DNA from: Paludisphaera rhizosphaerae
GTDB lineage: Bacteria; Planctomycetota; Planctomycetia; Isosphaerales; Isosphaeraceae
Direction: 5' to 3'
DNA length: 32,000 bases
Assembly: GCF_011065895.1 (NCBI RefSeq)
Contig: NZ_JAALCR010000039.1
Coordinates: 14,496 to 46,495, forward strand
Numbering within the stretch: position 1 is the stretch's first letter; every line of letters starts with the position of its first letter. Positions 29,453 to 32,000 of the stretch are shown here, one piece after another. The notes beneath the pieces were generated by a model that did not search any database, was not told the origin of the DNA, and saw only the letters and a program-made list of their open reading frames with translations. A program made the translations under genes and the position numbers.

Positions 29453-29516
29453 GGAGGCTCGTCCTGGGGATGAGAGGTGGGCGCTAGGCCCGAGGGTGCG
29501 GGGCTAAGACTGGTTT

Positions 29517-30299
29517 TCAGCTTGCGGACGGCATGAGGCTGGCGGAGGGCGCGACCGCTGAGGTCGTCGCCGCGGCGTCGCCTCGATCATGCGTCGGGGC
29601 TTCCGCCTCTTCTGTCGCGAAGGGCCAGTATTCCAGGCGAGCCTCGCCGTCTCGGACGGAGATGAACGGACAGGGCGGATGCTCGGTCCAGGTGCCGCTG
29701 TTGACGTACTGGACCCCGCCCACGTCCTCGGCGATCGGCAGATGGGTGTGCCCACAGGTGACGTGACGGAAGCCCTTCGACCTGGCGTAGGCCACGGCTC
29801 CGTCGCGGATCGAAACGCTGCTCCGCTGCCACTGCTTGGAGACGCGCCGGATGTACCGCGCGGCGTGGTGGGGGGCCCACCGCTGGATGTAGTAGAAGAG
29901 CCCGCAGGCGATCTCGGTCAACCAGCCGTAGTTGTTGACGAATCGGTCGAACTGGTCGCCGTGGAGCACAAGGAGGGCGAAGCGGTCGTTCCGGAAGATG
30001 TACTCGTCGAGAACCTCCACGCCGACCACGTGGCCGACGACCTCGGCCGGCCCGTCATGGTTGCCTCGGACCCAGACCAGGCGAAGATCGTCGCGGTCGG
30101 AGTTCCGCCGCAGGATCTTCAAGCAGGCGAAGTGCCGCTTGGAGAGCCGTTTGAAATTCAGGTCGTCGAAGATGTCGCCGTTGATGACCAACTCGCGAGT
30201 GTTCTCAACGGCCCATTTCAGGAAGTCCTCAAGGAGCGAGGCCTGACAGACTTCGCTCCCCAGGTGCAGATCGCTGATGATGAGGCAGTCGTATCGCAT
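29517..30299 (-). CDS. LpxH-like metallophosphoesterase (UDP-2,3-diacylglucosamine pyrophosphatase family architecture)
   Basis: The ATG at 30299 gives MRYDCLIISDLHLGS (DxH), then INGDIFDD (GD), VRGNHDG, LHGDQFD and CGHTHLP. The order and spacing match E. coli LpxH. The low-complexity Ala/Ser tail is not conserved-looking. Confidence 0.85.
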   Translation of the reverse strand: MRYDCLIISDLHLGSEVCQASLLEDFLKWAVENTRELVINGDIFDDLNFKRLSKRHFACLKILRRNSDRDDLRLVWVRGNHDGPAEVVGHVVGVEVLDEYIFRNDRFALLVLHGDQFDRFVNNYGWLTEIACGLFYYIQRWAPHHAARYIRRVSKQWQRSSVSIRDGAVAYARSKGFRHVTCGHTHLPIAEDVGGVQYVNSGTWTEHPPCPFISVRDGEARLEYWPFATEEAEAPTHDRGDAAATTSAVAPSASLMPSAS

Positions 30300-30542
30300 C
30301 GGGGTCGCTACTTCGGTACGAACCTCGGTTCCGGTCAGGCGACCCAAAGTATGGCCGGCCGACGCCGCGCTTCCAACGGCTGTCGGCCGAAATACATCAA
30401 ACCCACGTCATCTATTCTTGATCCACCCAGACACCTCGTCGAATCCACATCCAACGCCCTGAACAAGTGGATTCCCGAGGCCGATTCTTGCGAATACGCC
30501 CCCGCCGCGCGGCGTCGAGGCGCGCGCCAGGAGGGTCTTTCG

Positions 30543-31949
30543 TCAGGCCAGGATCGGCTTGACGAGTTCGCCGTGGACGTCGGTCAGGCGCATGTCGCGA
30601 CCGCCGAAGCGGAAGGTCAGGCGTTTGTGGTCCAGGCCCAGCAGGTGGAGCATCGTGGCGTGAAGGTCGTACATGGCGACCTTGTCGACGACGGCGTGGT
30701 AGCCGTAGTCGTCGGTCTCGCCGTGGGTCACGCCCCCCTTGACGCCGCCGCCGGCCAGCCAGACGGTGAAGCCGAACGGGTTGTGGTCGCGGCCGTCGCT
30801 CCCCTGGGCCATCGGGGTGCGGCCGAACTCGCCCCCCCAGAAGACCAGGGTGGAGTCCAACAGGCCTCTCCCCTTCAGGTCGGAGAGGAGCCCGGCGATC
30901 GGCCGGTCCACGGCGCGGGCGTTCAGCTCGTGGCCTTCCTTCAGCCGGGAGTGCTGGTCCCAGCGATCGTGGCCGACCGACGGGCAGAGCACCTCCACGA
31001 ACCGAACTCCGCGCTCGACCAGCCGGCGGGCGATCAGGCACTCGCGGGCGAAGATCCGAGTCGGGCCGAATTCGTCGTCGAGCCCGTATAGTCGCCTCGT
31101 GGCGGGGGATTCGCCGTCCAGATCCATCAGACCCGGGACGGCGGACTGCATCCGGTAGGCCAGCTCGTAATTGGCGATGGCCGCTTCCAGGGCGTCGGGC
31201 TCGCCCATCCGCGAGGAGACGCCGCGGTCGAGGTCGCGGATCAGGTCGAGCTTCCGAAGCTGGCCGCCGGGCTCGGCCTCCGCCGGCCGGATGTTGGCGA
31301 CGGCCTCGGCCGAGGGGCGGAAGACCGAACCCTGGAAGGCCGCGGGGAGGAACCCGTTGCTGAAGCAGTCCAGGCCGCCCGGCGGGATCAGGCCGCCGTT
31401 AAGTACGACGAAGCCGGGGAGGTCCTTCGACTCGCTCCCCAGCCCATAGGTCGTCCAGGCGCCGTGGCTGGGCCGGCCTTGCAGCCCGCTGCCGGTGTGC
31501 AGGAAGTAATTCGCCGCCGTGTGCTCCGAGAACTCCGAGGTCATCGAACGAATGATGGCCATCTCGTCGACGTGCTGCGCGACGTTGGGGAAGAGGTCGC
31601 TCACCGGAGCGCCTGATTCGCCGTAGCGACGGAACTTCCAGGGGCATTTCAGGACGGCGCCCACGTTGTTGAACTGCGTGGGAGCCGTCTTCACCTGGAT
31701 CGGCCGGCCGTGCTCGCGGTCGAGCCTCGGCTTGGGGTCGAAGGTGTCCATCTGTGACGGACCGCCATCCATGTACAGGAAGATGACGCTCTTCGCCTTG
31801 GCCGGGTGATGCAACCCGCGGCCGACCGCATCCGCGCCGAACGCCTGATCGCGCAGCAACGCCGAGAGCGCCACCGCCCCGAACCCATTCGCGCAACGGG
31901 CGAGCATCCGGCGGCGGTCGATCGGCGTGGAAAAACGTCCGCAGTGCAT
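30543..31949 (-). CDS. DUF1501 domain protein (sulfatase/alkaline-phosphatase-fold, Tat signal)
   Basis: Tat leader IDRRRMLARCANGFGAVALSALL. Family hallmarks HHPAKAKSVIFLYMDGGPSQMDTFDPKP, GRDHN and FWGGEFGRTP. In planctomycetes this family usually follows a DUF1549/DUF1553 gene, which would lie beyond the window end. Confidence 0.92.
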   Translation of the reverse strand: MHCGRFSTPIDRRRMLARCANGFGAVALSALLRDQAFGADAVGRGLHHPAKAKSVIFLYMDGGPSQMDTFDPKPRLDREHGRPIQVKTAPTQFNNVGAVLKCPWKFRRYGESGAPVSDLFPNVAQHVDEMAIIRSMTSEFSEHTAANYFLHTGSGLQGRPSHGAWTTYGLGSESKDLPGFVVLNGGLIPPGGLDCFSNGFLPAAFQGSVFRPSAEAVANIRPAEAEPGGQLRKLDLIRDLDRGVSSRMGEPDALEAAIANYELAYRMQSAVPGLMDLDGESPATRRLYGLDDEFGPTRIFARECLIARRLVERGVRFVEVLCPSVGHDRWDQHSRLKEGHELNARAVDRPIAGLLSDLKGRGLLDSTLVFWGGEFGRTPMAQGSDGRDHNPFGFTVWLAGGGVKGGVTHGETDDYGYHAVVDKVAMYDLHATMLHLLGLDHKRLTFRFGGRDMRLTDVHGELVKPILA

Positions 31950-32000
31950 GGCGAGGGCCCCGGGCGTGGCTGAGGCTGTTTCGGGTGTGGCTCCTCCGAC

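Noticed and set aside
29589-31091. 500-aa plus-strand ORF opposite the LpxH-like and DUF1501 genes
   Set aside because: It spans an intergenic region and two well-supported minus-strand genes, and its composition is low complexity.

Overview
High-GC window (hand-counted 60-nt lines reach ~78% GC in typical genes). It is densely coding and looks planctomycete-like. That taxonomic call is inference, based on a Tat-signal DUF1501 protein, a redoxin+CXXCH protein with the FLGVECPLA motif, many secreted enzymes and abundant palindromic repeats. I support 23 CDS. In order they are: a 5'-truncated GNAT-like gene; a MacB/FtsX-type ABC pair; a low-GC orphan gene; a four-module periplasmic redox protein; a Tat metallophosphoesterase; a glycosidase-like+nucleoside-hydrolase fusion; a tandem alpha/beta hydrolase; a signal-peptide O-methyltransferase; a glycine-zipper protein; a Cys-rich small secreted protein followed by cusB-like and cusA-like genes; an NmrA-like reductase; a low-GC HEAT-repeat gene; a tightly coupled five-gene operon (GMC flavoenzyme, phosphatidylserine decarboxylase, VAO/ALO-type flavoenzyme, tandem class-III aminotransferase, DUF962/Mpo1-like membrane protein); a convergent methyltransferase plus LpxH-like phosphoesterase pair; and DUF1501. 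I saw no rRNA, tRNA, CRISPR, transposase or integrase. The main second-look items are: (1) the five-gene operon, whose enzyme combination matches no pathway I know; (2) the CusA homologue, which keeps the three-Met Cu(I)/Ag(I) site but has a ~288-codon insertion that itself holds an in-frame ~150-bp palindromic repeat; (3) a Cys-rich secreted protein in the CusF position; (4) two interspersed repeat families (short REP-like hairpins with a compensatory stem change, and ~145-160-bp nested-palindromic elements in 4 copies); (5) a 26-nt perfect direct repeat bracketing a 2.5-kb segment. All functional calls come from motif recognition by eye. No database search was run.
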